A stretch of 52,744 nucleotides of DNA, the filler included, from Basidioascus undulatus (Eukaryota): NCBI GenBank assembly GCA_000826855.1. It is 3 parts of 3 records of this genome, joined end to end, with 100 filler letters (N's around TTAATTAATTAA, not from the genome) between each part and the next. Parts side by side here need not be neighbours in the genome. Positions count along the whole stretch, not along the records: positions 35,290 to 52,744 come from JTLS01000531.1; 2 more parts are not named here. One strand, 5' to 3'. The notes under the pieces are model-generated. The model made no database searches, was not told where the DNA came from, and was given only the letters and a program-made list of their open reading frames with translations. Positions 36,373-48,949 of this stretch are shown one piece after another. Numbering within the stretch: the stretch's first letter is position 1; the number at the start of each line of letters is the position of its first letter. The position numbers were made by a program, and so were the translations under genes.

Positions 36373-37304
36373 ATGCTATCCTACGCATCCTGCAAGAGAA
36401 CCTTCGAGGACATCGCGAACGATGACGCCGCTTCGAAAAGACGCAAGCTAGACTTTAATGCGGAATACCGCGCAGACGATGCGGACCTCCTGCTCGTGTC
36501 CACCGATGCCCAGGTTTTCAAGGGAAGTACTCCCCCATCCCTCCTAGTCGGTGATGCTGAATGGCGGCCGTTGTGCGTTCACCGCAAGTACGTCCGCGCC
36601 GCCTCGACAGTATTCGATGATATGCTCTCCTTCCCCGCGCCCACCAACCGCAACCCGCATCCTGGACACATTTGACGACGAACCCCTCGCATGGCTCGAC
36701 ATCCTCCGTGCGATCGAGAAGTACGACGTCCCCCGCGCGCGAGAGCGCATCTCGCTCAAACTCCTTCATGACCTTGCCTGCTACGGCCGCGTCGGCGCAG
36801 AGCCCGTCTTCGTCCGTGCTGCCCTCGTCGACCTGCCCCAGGTCTGCAGGCTCGCTTCGCGGCAGCTCCCGCAGCACGGGCACAATCTTCTCGTCGACCC
36901 ACGCATGGCCAAGTGGACGTCCCACATGCTTGCTACGTACCTCCATGTGCTCGCGCGTATGTCCGCCGCGCACGCCGAGCTCGTCAAGCACCTGCACAAC
37001 GACGCTATCACGCGCAGTTTCGCGGGGGGGGGCTCTCGACGAGGATGGCATGGAGCTCCTCGCGCGCTGGGCGCAGACGAAATACCAGTTCGTGCGTGTG
37101 CTCGGGGACGAGGAGCTTTGGGTTGAGAGGAAGAGGGAGGCTGTCAGGGAGCTGAAGAGGGACATGGCGCTCGCGCTGCTGGGGAGTACGAAGGAGGGCA
37201 GGGGGGATGTGGTCGATAGGTGGGAGGCGGAACTGAACGCTTCTTGGGGGGCTTGGCTGACGCTTCCGAGGGAGATCGAGCTTGAGGGGACGCAGCGCAT
37301 ATGA
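36373..37304 (+). pseudogene. BTB/POZ-domain protein, frameshifted
   Basis: DADLLLVSTDAQVFK..VHRKYVRAASTVFDDMLSFPAP (fungal BTB), then ILRAIEKYDVP in another frame. Further frame change at the G-run near 37025. Confidence 0.65.
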
Positions 37305-37877
37305 ACGTATATGAACTTTCTGTACTTCGCTTTAACGGCGGTGACTTTTTACTAAGCCCTGCAGTCGCTAAACTTATCCAAGAAGGAGGCACCCACATGT
37401 GCCGGTTGCGGCTCACCGCGTATTCGACGTTCGCAATGCTATGCCATCATCCTCGAAGGCTTGCGCACTGGCAGCCTCACTTTAACGGGCAGTGGCACGA
37501 GACAAGATCTTCTCGCTAATTCGCTCACGCTTGCCGGGTGCCTTATGTGGGCGCGAAAGAGTGCCCAAAGTCCACAAAAACAAGACAAACCGTGTGCAGC
37601 CTCACGCACTGCGCGTATTTGCATCAGCGTCCTTCCACCAGAATGTTCGCTTCCCCCCAGATCCCGAACGGGAATCCCGACGGCCGAATGCTCCATGAGA
37701 AAGGTTCTTGCGGGAGGAGCAAACAGGCGGCAAAGAAGCTTCTGACAGACAGCGACGATCCCGCCCCTCCGTGTAAAGCGCCGTGCGCCCCGTCTATCGT
37801 GTATCCCAGTCGCTCACAAGCCCATCCTCTTCTTTCTCTCCCCTCTCCTTGCCCTCTCTCACCCAACTCCCCTCCAA

Positions 37878-38436
37878 ATGTCTACCCCCGGCCCTCCCCC
37901 GCGCCCCATCGTCCCTCTCTCTCACCTCTCTCTCTCCAGCCCTCTCTCCCCACAATCCCCCCAAGTCCTCACCCTCCGCACGCCTTCCAAGCCAATCCCG
38001 CTCTTCCTCTTCCCCGGGGCGTCGGGCTATGCGGCCGATGAGTTTCGGGAGATACTGGGCCTGCTGAACCCACAGCCTTTTGTTGAGGTTGTCAGGGATG
38101 GCAAGACGAAGGAGGAGGAGGGGAAGGCGGGAGAGGGAGGGAAGGAGGGGGAGGTGAGGATCGAGGTGGATGAGGTTTGTTTAAACCAGGTGAAGGAGGG
38201 GAGGGGCAAGGGGGCGGAGGTTGTGGTGCGGGAACCCGGTACGTTTCTTTTCTTATCTCCCACACCCCTTCTACCCCCTTACCCCGCTCCCGCACTCGCG
38301 TTGACTGTGCGACGTCGAATGGACAGGGGGTGAGACCCTCCGCCTCCCGCTCACAGATCTCTACGACTTTGTGGAAGGCCTACGCGGGAACGACGAGCGC
38401 GAGGAGCTGGTGAAGGGCGGGTTTGAGGGAGCGTAG
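37878..38436 (+). CDS. Small hypothetical protein (2 exons)
   Basis: ATG 37878, open frame to a GTACGT donor at about 38239, ACAG acceptor at about 38326, second exon ending FEGA*. Confidence 0.5.
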
Positions 38437-40201
38437 GGGTTCCAGGCGCTTGCGAGCTTTGAGGGTGAGGGGGCAGCGTAGCCTGGCGGTGCGCGAGTGT
38501 GGGAGGGGAGAAAAGGCATTCAAGGTTAGTGTGACGGTTTGAGGGAAAGGTTTGTATGCGTTCACTTGGGGTTTCTGTGAAGGTTGTATGAAGTCGTCTT
38601 GGTGTGCATGTGCTGTAGCCGATCCGCCTGCGAGCCGAAGTACGCTGTCTCAATGTCCAAACGTTATTCAAGCTGGAATCGCCCTATTTATTAAAGACAA
38701 GTTCAGTGAGGCAAGTTGTCCGGTTTTACAGTAAGGCTCCAGCGCGTAGTGTGCACTTCCAGCAGCTGGCAGTCCTCCCTTCACTCGTACACGTACCCAG
38801 TTGGTACGTCGCGCATGCCAAAATCTCTGCAAGGGTCTATCACCCTGAGCCTCGGTTTTTGTCTGAGGAAAATTTGAATCAGATAGCTCGTGATGCGCAG
38901 CAACACCGCAGCACCACTACCGCGAGAACAACGCGCACAATTTTTGTGCAACGTTCGTACAGGACACAAGACTCACAAAGTGGAGAACTGTTTCATTTCA
39001 GATCTACTATCATTCTAACGCTAATTTTACCCACAGAAGCGCCGACAACGCACAAGGCCTTTTGTAGACTGGTACAGTCAAGGGCTGTTTCGGGGCATCT
39101 CTAGGCGAGAATCGGGACGGATGGTGGGGTGCTTCACCAGAAGAAGACTCAGAAGAATACTCATAATCTCTGCAAAAATAGTCGTTGTGCAAGTGGTTCG
39201 AGAGCACGAAGAAAGCGTTCTTTCGAATGTTATCTTCAAAGAAAATTCGAAGGCGGCACCTCTTCCTTGCAACGTCCGGGGACATCCTAGTTCAACCTCA
39301 TTTCCCACCTTTCCGAGACTAGAGAGTTATCTCCCTTCCTTTCCTCTTCTCTCACCATCCCACCTGGAAACTGCTCCACACACTGCAACCCTTTCAAGGA
39401 CCGACAGGCTTCACACGTCTTGACAGCCAAGGGTGACGTTCCCGTCAGAGTGAAACAATGTGCCACGTGCCCCATGCCGCGTTCATTTAAAGTGCTTAGC
39501 GCGGTTCCTTGCTTACGCACGTCGTAGATCGTCGTTCAACCTCTGCACTCGTGAGAATGAGTACCATGAACAACCACCTCTTTCTCTTCGTTCTCATCCT
39601 CGCATTTGCACATCAAGAAATTAACACCATGTCAGTGAGAGCAGCGGATATTTCAGTCACAATGACGGGAAAACAAGGTAGAGGCGCTGTGGGGCGGGGC
39701 GGTGTCGCGCGGGGGCCGTCCGCCGAGGCTTCCTACTTGCTGGGCTGGGCGCGTACGGGGCTTGTCGCTTGTCGACGGTGACCGGGCCGTCCTCGTGAGC
39801 CGGCCATCGCGAGGCGGACGGAGGGCAGCTGCACGCGAGCACCGCCGCTTTACATATTGTTGTTTTCGTCCTGCTGATCTGCGTCCCGCCTTCCTTCTCT
39901 TTCCAGCCCCCCTCATCTTCTCACAACAAACACACACACCTCCTCATACCCTTTCGGTCCGACATTCTCTGAACGTCGAAGGGGATTATTGAGGATATAT
40001 CCGACTAGGAGGACATTTCGGGCCTGAGACGCGGATTGGCATTTATTCGGTGTGAGTACACTGCTCGGCTCTTGGTCTGGCAGCCCCTTTCTCTCATGGG
40101 GGACTGGGAAACTGAGACTCGTTCCCTCCCTCCTTCTTCCCTTGATCTCTTGCCACTCTAGCTTTCTCTAGCACTCTAGCCTTCATTCCCATCACCGCGC
40201 G

Positions 40202-43200
40202 ATGGCATCCTACGCGCCCGTGCCCGCCAACGAGGTCGGCGACCTCCCCGCCGGTGCCGCTTCGTCGGGCTTCCCCACCGCCCTCGCAGAGCACCACCGT
40301 ATGTCGGACGCGACGTTCAGCTCTTCCCAAGGGCTCGCGCCGAACGCGGCCCCGCCCGCCTCGAGCGGGCTCGGCAAGGAGTGGTACGGCTCTGCCGGGG
40401 CGGAGTACCACCCTGTTGGTTCGCCCGGGGACGCGAGGCGCGAGGGGGCGGGCTTTTGGGCGGGGAAGAAGAAGTGGGTTGCCGCTGCGTTGGCGGCGAT
40501 TGCGATCATCGTGGTGGCTGTCGTCGTGCCAGTGTATTACAAGGTGCGTCTGCTGTGTCCCCACCCCATCCCCTCTCTCTTTCCAGAGACGCTGACACTC
40601 TTCCTTCCCTCCACAGGTCATCAAGCCCTCCTCCTCCTCCTCCAACCGCTCCTCCTCCAACGACGGCTCCTCCACCTCCCCCGACTCGCCCTCCAGCACC
40701 GCCTCTCCCGACTCGCCCGACGCGCCCACGTTCGGCAGCGACGGCTCGCACATCATCGACAGCGCGACGAACAAGGAGTTTGTCTACCAGAACAAGTTCG
40801 GCGGGCACTGGTCGAGCGTACCCTTTGACGACTCGGCACAGGCGCAGAGCTACACGCCCCCGCTCAACGAGAGCTTCAGGTACGGCACGGACCGCATGCT
40901 CGGCGTGAATCTGGGAGGATGGCTCGTGCTCGAACCGTTCAGTGCGTCGCTGTGCTTGCCTGCTCTTTCTCTTTTCCTGCTCCTTCCCCCCGCTTTAAGC
41001 TGAACAATGCTCGCACGCAGTCGTCCCCGCCATGTACGAGCCCTGCGAGAACTACGCGACGCCCTGCGTGGACGAGGTGCGTACTCGCCTTCCCATCCTC
41101 CTCCCACGCCCCCCTCCCCTCCTCCCTCTCACCAACTTTCTCCCATCTCCCTTAATCAAACAGTGGACGCTCCAAACCTACCTGGCCGACCAGAACCGCC
41201 GCGAGACCGCAATGGACGAGCACTACTCGACGTTCATCGTGCGTCCCCCGCCTTCCTTCCCATATGCTCGGACGAAAGCTGAAAGGAGGTGTATGGTGGA
41301 TCCGCAGACTGAGCAGGACTTTGCGCGGATCGCGGGCGCAGGCCTCAACTGGATCCGGCTCCCCGTGCCGTTTTGGATGGTCGAGAAGGAGGAGGGCGAG
41401 CCATACGTGGCGGGCCAGCCGGTATTCAAGTGCGTTTCTCTCCCCCATGCCTCGATATCTTTTCGTTTAGTCCTTGGTGTTTTGCGGTTTGCTGATCTGT
41501 GCGCGAGAGGCAGGTACTTCCTGAAGGCCATCGAGTGGGCACGCAAGTACGGGCTGCGAATCAAGGTGGACTGTGCGTCACCTACTTTCCCTCTCTCGTC
41601 TTTTTCTGCGAGTTACACAGCGGCTGATGACTGTTTCCTCCGCAGTGCACACCGTTCCCGGCTCCCAGAACGGGTGGAACCACAGCGGTCGCCTGGGCGG
41701 TATCAAGTGCGTCTCCCCTCGACCACCTTTCTTCTCGGCCTGCTTTGGGATGATTTACTGTGATTGAGGAGTAATTCGCAAACAGCTTCCTGAACGGCAC
41801 GATGGGCATCGCGAACGCGCAGCGCACGCTCAACACGATACGGACCATCGCGCAGTTCATCTCCCAGCCGCAGTACAAGAACGTCGTGCCCCAGTTCGGG
41901 ATTGTCGTGCGTCCCCCTCCCTCCTCTTCCCTTCCCTCCCCTCTCGCATCCCTGATAAGGGGGGTTTGCGGGGATGCAGAACGAGATTCGGAGCCCCCTC
42001 GTCGGCATCGACCGCGTCAAGAGCTTTTACGTCGAGGCGTACAACATGCTCCGCGAGGAGCTCGGCACGGGTGAGGGGAACGGACCTTACATCACTATTG
42101 TGCGTTGGTTTACGCCTTTGTCCAAAATTTGAGAGGGAAAAGAAAAGGAAATGAAGGGAAGGGGTGGGCCGGGAACAGCACGACGGCTTCAGCGGTGGGT
42201 CCGACACGTGGAACGACTTCATGCCTGGCGCGGACCGGCTCATCCTTGACCACCACCCTTGTAAGTCAAGTTGTACCAGCTGTTGTATAGGCAGAACTAA
42301 CGGGAAACTGATCGTCGATTTTGTGTCCGGAAGACTTCGCCTTTGACGGGGCGCAGCAGGACCCGCTTCCCGAGCAAGCGATGAAGCCCTGCGCGCGATG
42401 GGGCGCGTCCGTCAACCAAACGCGTAACACGTTCGGCCTTTACATAGCTGGAGAATGGTCCCTTGCAATCAATGATTGCGGGACGGTGAACGGCGTCGGT
42501 GCGTTTCTGACCTGCCAGGCGCTTCCCCGACCCCCCGGCCTTTGCGGCTGACTCTGAGGGCGGATGGACGACAGGCCTCGGAACGCGCCAGGAGGGAACT
42601 TTCCCGGGCTCGCCTGAAGGATATGGGCCGGGTGCTTGCGCCCAGTGGGACGACTGGCAGAGCTGGGACGACTCGACAAGGGCGGGGATGAAGCAGCTCG
42701 CGCTGAACAGCTTCGATGCGCTGCAGGACGCGTACGTTGCTTCTCCGCCGCGCGCTTGAAGGGAATTGAACTGACATTTCATGTTTAATAGTTTCTTCTG
42801 GACTTGTGCGTCAAAATGGAGAAAAATGTGTATCGACGATAGAATGTGCTAATGACCTTTTCCGCGATTGCAGGGAAGATCGGCAACACCACGACCGGCG
42901 CTCGCATCAATCGTTCGTCCCTCCGCGCTCCCCATGTTTCTGCGTCATTCTAACAGGTATCTGTAATTCGCTATAGCCTTCTGGGACTACTCGCTCGGCT
43001 TGGAGCAAGGCTGGATCCCCTCGGACCCATACAACGAGCCGCGGGGCGCGTGCGCCGCCTTCGCGACCGCGCAGGGCACTTCCTACCCGTACAGCCCTGC
43101 TACGACGCTCTCGGCGTGGCAGACAGGCGGCGCAGGCGCGGGCGAGGTCTCGGCTAACACGGCGCAGTACCCGTGGCCGCTGACGGACATGAACAACATC

Positions 43201-43568
43201 GCCGAGGCGCAGATGACGCTCGTCCCCACGCTTACCCAAACCGGCGCGCGCGTCACGCTCAGCGCGCCTGCCGTCACGTGGAGGCATGGGGAGGCGACTG
43301 AGACGCCGGATGTTGGGGATGGGTGGGCGAGTGGGGGGGAGAACAGGAACGATGCGTGGGTCAAGGTGCAGGGGTGCTCGGTGAGTTGGCTTTCGTTTCC
43401 CAGTTTCTCCCTTTTACGCGAGGCTGAGACCTTTTGGGCGATCCTCAACAGTACCCCGACGCCTGGGAAGCGTTCAACGCCGCCCCAACAGGCGGATGCG
43501 GCACTGCCGCTGGGCGGAAGCGCAACGCGCTGTCCTCCCCACCCGCCCCGACGCCCGCACCACGATGA
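40202..43568 (+). CDS. GH5 exo-1,3-beta-glucanase, type II membrane-anchored (many introns)
   Basis: N-terminal TM segment KKKWVAAALAAIAIIVVAVVVPVYYK, GVNLGGWLVLEPF, GLNWIRLPVPFW, HTVPGSQNGWNHSG, acid/base GIV|NE, LDHHP|YFAF, nucleophile AGEWS and FFWT|WKIG. Confidence 0.93.
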
Positions 43569-45399
43569 TGAAGCCCCTTCCTCACTCTCCTCTCTCTTTC
43601 TTCCCCTCATCCCTCGGTATCGCATAACGCGTAGTCCTCATTCTCACACACGCTCGCCCTCCCTCGCCTTGACTCTTCCATTCCACGCACCCCTCACACA
43701 CACTCGTTTAATACGCATTTGATCGTTCCTCATTCTTTTGCATGCTGTGAACACTACCCGGACACACACTCTGCTTTCTCTTTCTCATTGTCAGTGTATG
43801 GTTTCGTTCGCTCGTTGTGTCGTTGCTGCCCGGGTCCCGCTCGTCCGTTACCCTTGGTCATAGGTTGACTACCCCTGTTGTTTTTGCTGGATTTGTTAAC
43901 TTAGCACATCGCTATGGACATTGATGACTTATTGGAATGTCTCTCCATTTGAAACGTTGAACTTGGGCACACGCAGCTGCGCACGGGTGAATGCTGAGGG
44001 CGACGCGGCAACAGGACAGCGCACACAAATTTCACTTCTCAAATGCCACTTACACAAAGATCCCACTAAAGTACATTCTTACAATCTATCAACCTGTCAT
44101 GTAAGCCTTGCGCTGGTGGGCCTTGTCCACGAAGGCCCCGCTGTGAGCGCCCAGACGGCAGCCGCCGTAATTTGACCAAAGCGAAATAAGAGCTTCGCCT
44201 TACGTCTAAAAGACGTTTATGGACTCTTGTTGGTTTCCATTTCCTTTCTATTTGCTTCTCATGCGCTTTCAAGTCCTTTCAGGCCTTTCAAGATTAGTAC
44301 AGATACGCAAACCCTCAATGGGATAGCTCAGGGCATGGCTGACGTAGAAGAGTAGACCCGCAGTGCTATGCGGACCAGCAAACCAAGGAAAAGAAGGCAT
44401 AGAGGTCGATAAATACTGCATTATTAAGGGTATGTAGGATGTAATCAAGCCCGTGGTGATCAAGACTTTTCGCCGCCGCTGCGCTGCTACTTCGCGGCGT
44501 CCCGGTCTTTCTTCCACCTGAAGAAGGCAACGGTCCCGGCGAGTACAAGAGTGCCGACGATCGCGCACGCGAGGTTTACGCCGAATTTTTGGCCTACGGA
44601 AGAGGAACTGAGCCAGACTGAAAGCATCTTACTCAAATGGTTCGCGATGGATTTTGCAGCGCTGCAACATGCACCTTATCATGACCATGCTCTTTCACTT
44701 GTAGAAGCCTGATACCCTCAGCTGCTCTTTTCGTTCGTCGAAACCAAGGTACAACGTTCGGCGGTCTGTGAACAGTTACCTTCGACCAGCCAGCTGCCTT
44801 TACGCTCCGGAAGACGGTCCACAAGGCGGACTCCATTGAGCAGATCAGTCAAGCATCTTTAATATATTCTTTCTCATTCTGTTAAGCGCAGCGAAAGTCA
44901 GCTAACTAGGGCGTCTTCTTCCTGTGGAGCGATCGCGAGCGCGACACGTGCGAAGTCGACCGCCCGACGCTGTTCCCGTCCTCCCCCCTCCGCCCGCTCG
45001 CGGCTTGCCTCGGCCACTTCGCTAAACTTCCAACCCTGTAACCACCGCCCAGCCTCTCCGTCCAATCCGAATCCACGCACAGTCCCGCCTCTGTAAACGT
45101 AACCCGCCATACAGTGCTACTTTTCACTCCGCACATTCGCCCCGCCACGACGCGTCCTCACGCGCTGTCCACCAACCAGCACAAGTACGCGTCTTTCTCC
45201 GCTTGGACTTTTCCTCGAGCGGGTGCTGCACACTGGGATCCTCACGCACTCTAGCATGTGAGTGGGGGTGGTCGATCGGTTGGGCGGGGTTGTGGCCGGG
45301 CCGGTGCATTGGAACGGGACTGACCTCCCGCGACGGCTCAGGACCCAGCCCAAGCTCCCCTTACAGCTCGTGAGATCCTATATGGTCTTTCGCATAGAT

Positions 45400-46140
45400 C
45401 GGCTGAAAACTGAAGGTCTCTCCACATCCGCAGCTCCCTGGTCCCGCGCCCCGGTCGGGCCCGTCCTCCAACGACATCGCGCAAGGCCGCGGTGCAGAAG
45501 GCAAAGGGGAAGCAGCGCTGGTTGAAGCAGACCCTGCTCACGCCCAAGAACAGAAACGTATGCCCTGACCTTTCAGTGCAGCTCTGGAACATCTCCCTGA
45601 CTATCCTTTCTCTCATGTAGGATAACAAGGTTGCTGCGCCCTTGCAGCCCGAAGAAGGGCTCCCTGCTCGCCAAGAAGATGGTACGCGGCCGCCAACTCG
45701 TTCCGCTTTGTGCGTCACCTAACTGACACGGTTTTGGGAGAGCAAGGGGAGGGACCCGCACTGCTACTTGGCTTTTGGGAAGGCGGAGCTCGAGAAGAGT
45801 GCGCAGTATCTCCTTGCGAGCTGTGCGGGAACGCTTGGCTGACATCAAACCTCTTACCGCCTGTAGAGACGCTGGAGGAGAGGCGCGAGTACCTGATCGA
45901 GCTCGAGCGCTACAACCCTCGTTCTCGGCAAGAAGTAGACGGTGCATCCCGACTTACCCGCTCATAGTGCTTTTTGGAGCTACGCCGCTTGTCCCCTACT
46001 CAGTACGATCGCTCGGGCTCTTGCTGCTGCTGCATGCTATGAAATCTGGTACGAGGTGCGTAGGGTCTGCGATCCAGCTGGCACTTCATCGCGCTGTTCT
46101 GACTGAGTGGTCATGCACTTCGCAGTTACCCGACTGAAGA
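45400..46140 (+). other. Possible small spliced hypothetical gene or remnant
   Basis: A series of GT..CTRAC..AG introns separates short coding-like exons (e.g. TLEERREYLIELERYNPRSRQEVD). No recognisable family; frame continuity not established. Confidence 0.3.
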
Positions 46141-46949
46141 TCCTTTCCTCGCTACGCAGCCCGTTTACCGTGTTGTTGTACTTCATGGCGAGGTTCGCTT
46201 ACGATGTGGTTATACTCTCGTGTAGCTGTCGAGCTATGATTTTCCCATTTCGTTCACGTCCACGCAATCGATGTCTCTTATGATGCAGCTTTGTGTGGCG
46301 ATGTATCCAGCGACCTCATTCTGAAGTCGGTGCTGAAAACAATGTGTGCAGGTTCTAAACAAGTACGTGGCGCCTCTCGTAAGGGCTATTCACTGATTAT
46401 TGCAGTCGCATCGGTTGACCGGATTTTCTGTTGGACATGAATTTGAAACAAGCTATTACCCAGGCTTCAACTCAGGCGGTGCAGAATTACGTCTCCTCCG
46501 CCAGCGCCGCCGACTTGACGACCGCTTCCGCAGCGCCAGCTGCTTTCGGCTCCCCATTTGACGTCACGCTCTCTGACATTGCACCGATTAACGAGTGGGC
46601 TGTTGGTAAGTCCTCAAGTTTAGATCAGTTTATCAAGTGCTCATAACCTGTTCCATTCCAGCGGCGCCTTTCGAAGCTGGTGCGTGTCGACCTCGGGAAA
46701 CATTCGTACTGTGAACCTGACTCACGTTTGGGATAACTCGCAAGACCTCATTTACTACGTAGGTTCTTCTTGGAATTGGTGGACTATCTTCTTTCTGACA
46801 GGCGGTATGCAGATGATCTTCTTGTTCCACGTCGCCCTATTCTCGAATGCTGCCCGAATGGCAAACGGGATCGAGAAGAAGATCACGACCCGCGGCCTCG
46901 TCGCCCTTCTGCAGACCCAGCACCCTTTGGCTGGCCCTCAAACAACTTG

Positions 46950-48330
46950 AATCCCAACCACCATCATCTCCTCTAGTCCTACACTCTCACTCTCTAGTCC
47001 TTGGCTACACCCTTGCCCACACCAAGGGGTGTATCCTCACAATCCTGCTGACACTCCTCTTTGATGCACCCATGCTCTCAGTCATATGCATCAGCAGGAC
47101 ATACATTATTCTGTGGAATGTTGTTAACAGGTGAATCTGTGGCCAAGTCATCCCAGGGAGACTGCTCAAGCTCTGTAGAAGTTGGTGGGGGAGAGGGAGG
47201 AGTGGTGTGGAAAGAAACTCGAAAGATTCACCTTTGTTGGCATGACAGGGTGGTGAGCATCGTGAAGGTAGACTAGCAATCCCAAGAAACCCAAACAGTA
47301 AGAATGAGATGCACTGATCATGAATGGATGTGGGCAGCAGGCCTCTCAAAGATTGATCTCAATGGTGTTCTGCTTCACCTCCTCCCAAATGGGTGCATGC
47401 TTCAGACACAGGTTCAAAGTGCTCTGCTCACAGACAAACATCTTGACATTGACATTCATATTACTCCTGCCTTGAGTCTAGTCTCACCCTGGCAGATCAC
47501 CAAATAAGGTGAGTCAGTGCAGTCACAGTGTTGGCATTCTGAGGCAGCACATGAAGGGTTCACTGTGGACAGGACAAGGTTGATGATACTTCTCATTCAT
47601 GCAACTGAACTTCGCAGCATGGCGCTTCTTGATGACAGTCCACTGAGAGTGAGAATGCATAGGAGACAGAGGTGTGATGAAGAGAGGAGTGGGCTTGAAG
47701 CACTTTCCATTGCAGGCTTGCCTTCTCTTTGAATGTGGAGCAACCCTTTCTGATGATGAAAGTACCTAGTAAAAAGATTTTATACTTCTCATATATGAGT
47801 ATTTGTTCTAGTAGTCTAATAGTAAAGGTAAACATGATTGATGATGAACTTGGGAGTGCTTGCTGGAGCATTATGCATTGGTGTCATGAATACCCCACCC
47901 AGTCCGATTCCTGACAACTGTCATCCTTGTCACCTCCCCTGTCACACTCCCTTTCTTTATTTTCCCTCCTTGGCAACTAGCTGCACCTTCCACAGCCCTC
48001 CCCAGCCTTGCCCCTTTGCAGCCTCTTGGCAATGCAGTCCTTCTGGTAGCTATAAGAATGCCCACTTACCCTCTACTTGCTCCCCATCTGGTCTTGCTCT
48101 CCCACTCCCGCCCTAGCCCTAGTCCTCACCCTAGCCTACCCGCCTCATAATCTCTCCTTGCCACCATAAGCCCTGTCAGCTGGTAGCCCCTGCTGTGGTC
48201 TGCCCTGCCCAGTCAGATTCTTGACAATTGGGTAGCTGGCTGTGCTTTTCAGTGCATTGCATCTACAATTTGAAGGAAGTACACAATTGGATGAGCCTGT
48301 TTCCAACTGGCATCAAAGCCAGCCTGGCAC
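46950..48330. mobile_element. CpG-depleted transposon-derived insertion
   Basis: Abrupt switch from CpG-rich to nearly CpG-free, TG/CA-rich sequence inside the SNG1-like gene. Boundaries approximate. Confidence 0.6.
47882..48226. mobile_element. Solo LTR (345 bp) with 5-bp target-site duplication ATTGG
   Basis: Starts TGTCATGAAT and ends ATTCTTGACA (9/10 inverted repeat). Flanked by ATTGG at 47877-47881 and 48227-48231. Confidence 0.85.
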
Positions 48331-48785
48331 ACACAGCTTCAAGCTATCAATTCTACCGCTGTCTGTACTCGGCGCCTTTCTACCACTCTGTCCAAGCCAA
48401 CAAGACCATATTCTACGGTACTCGATCTCGGGATCGTCTTGGTGCATCCCGTCCCAAAGCGACAGTGCAGCACAAGGGCTGACATGCTTTGCTTTTCCCT
48501 TCACAGGCATTAATTTCGACGTCCTCGTCGCTTGGACGGCAGTTAACATCACGAGTCTCTCCCTGTGGTTACCTGGCGACGTCGGCAGCTGGCAAAGGCA
48601 CAAAAAGAGGAGACAAACGAGAAGGAGGGTGGACAGGGCAGCGCATAGAGTATTGATTGGTAATGGTTGCTCGCTTGTGACTGAAAGCAGCAAGGCAGGA
48701 CTATCTTGGCCGTATGACGAGGAAGTAGACCGGGCTGGAGTCGGCAAAAGCTGTCAGCGGACCGGTGTGACGGCAGTCGCTCTCT

Positions 48786-48949
48786 AAGAACAGGAAGACA
48801 ATCAAGAAAGTGGAGAGGACAGCCGCCGCTATGAACGCCAGCAGAGTGCGCTTCGACGCCCGCTTGTTTCTGCGGCGCGGCTGAGGGGGCAGCGTATCGG
48901 CAGCGTAGGCTGGGGGCTCCTGTGTAGCGACCGGCGCGTAGGCGGCCAT
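48786..48949 (-). pseudogene. Orphan 5' fragment of a type II membrane-anchored protein
   Basis: MAAYAPVATQEPP..RRRNKRASKRTLLAFIAAAVLSTFLIVFLF (basic stretch plus TM helix), followed directly by the antisense 3' end of the SNG1-like gene. Confidence 0.4.

Larger units (their letters stand above)
46438..48720 (+). pseudogene. SNG1: SNG1/DUF3533-like membrane protein, 5'-truncated and interrupted by an insertion
   Basis: SPFDVTLSDIAPINEWAV|AAPFEA|DLIYY|MIFLFHVALF..GIEKKITTRGLVAL before the insertion. QFYRCLYSAPFYHSVQANKTIFYGTRSRDRL|GINFDVLVAW after it matches the SNG1-family C-terminal pattern (by recall). Confidence 0.65.

Noticed and set aside
8477..43568. BUD6, GH81 and GH5 as a cell-wall/polarity gene cluster
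   Set aside because: The three genes lie on three different contigs separated by artificial gaps, with unrelated genes in between.
48111..48140. CCCTAG-type repeats resembling telomeric CCCTAA
   Set aside because: Only 3-4 imperfect units, located inside the LTR; better explained as decayed low-complexity sequence.
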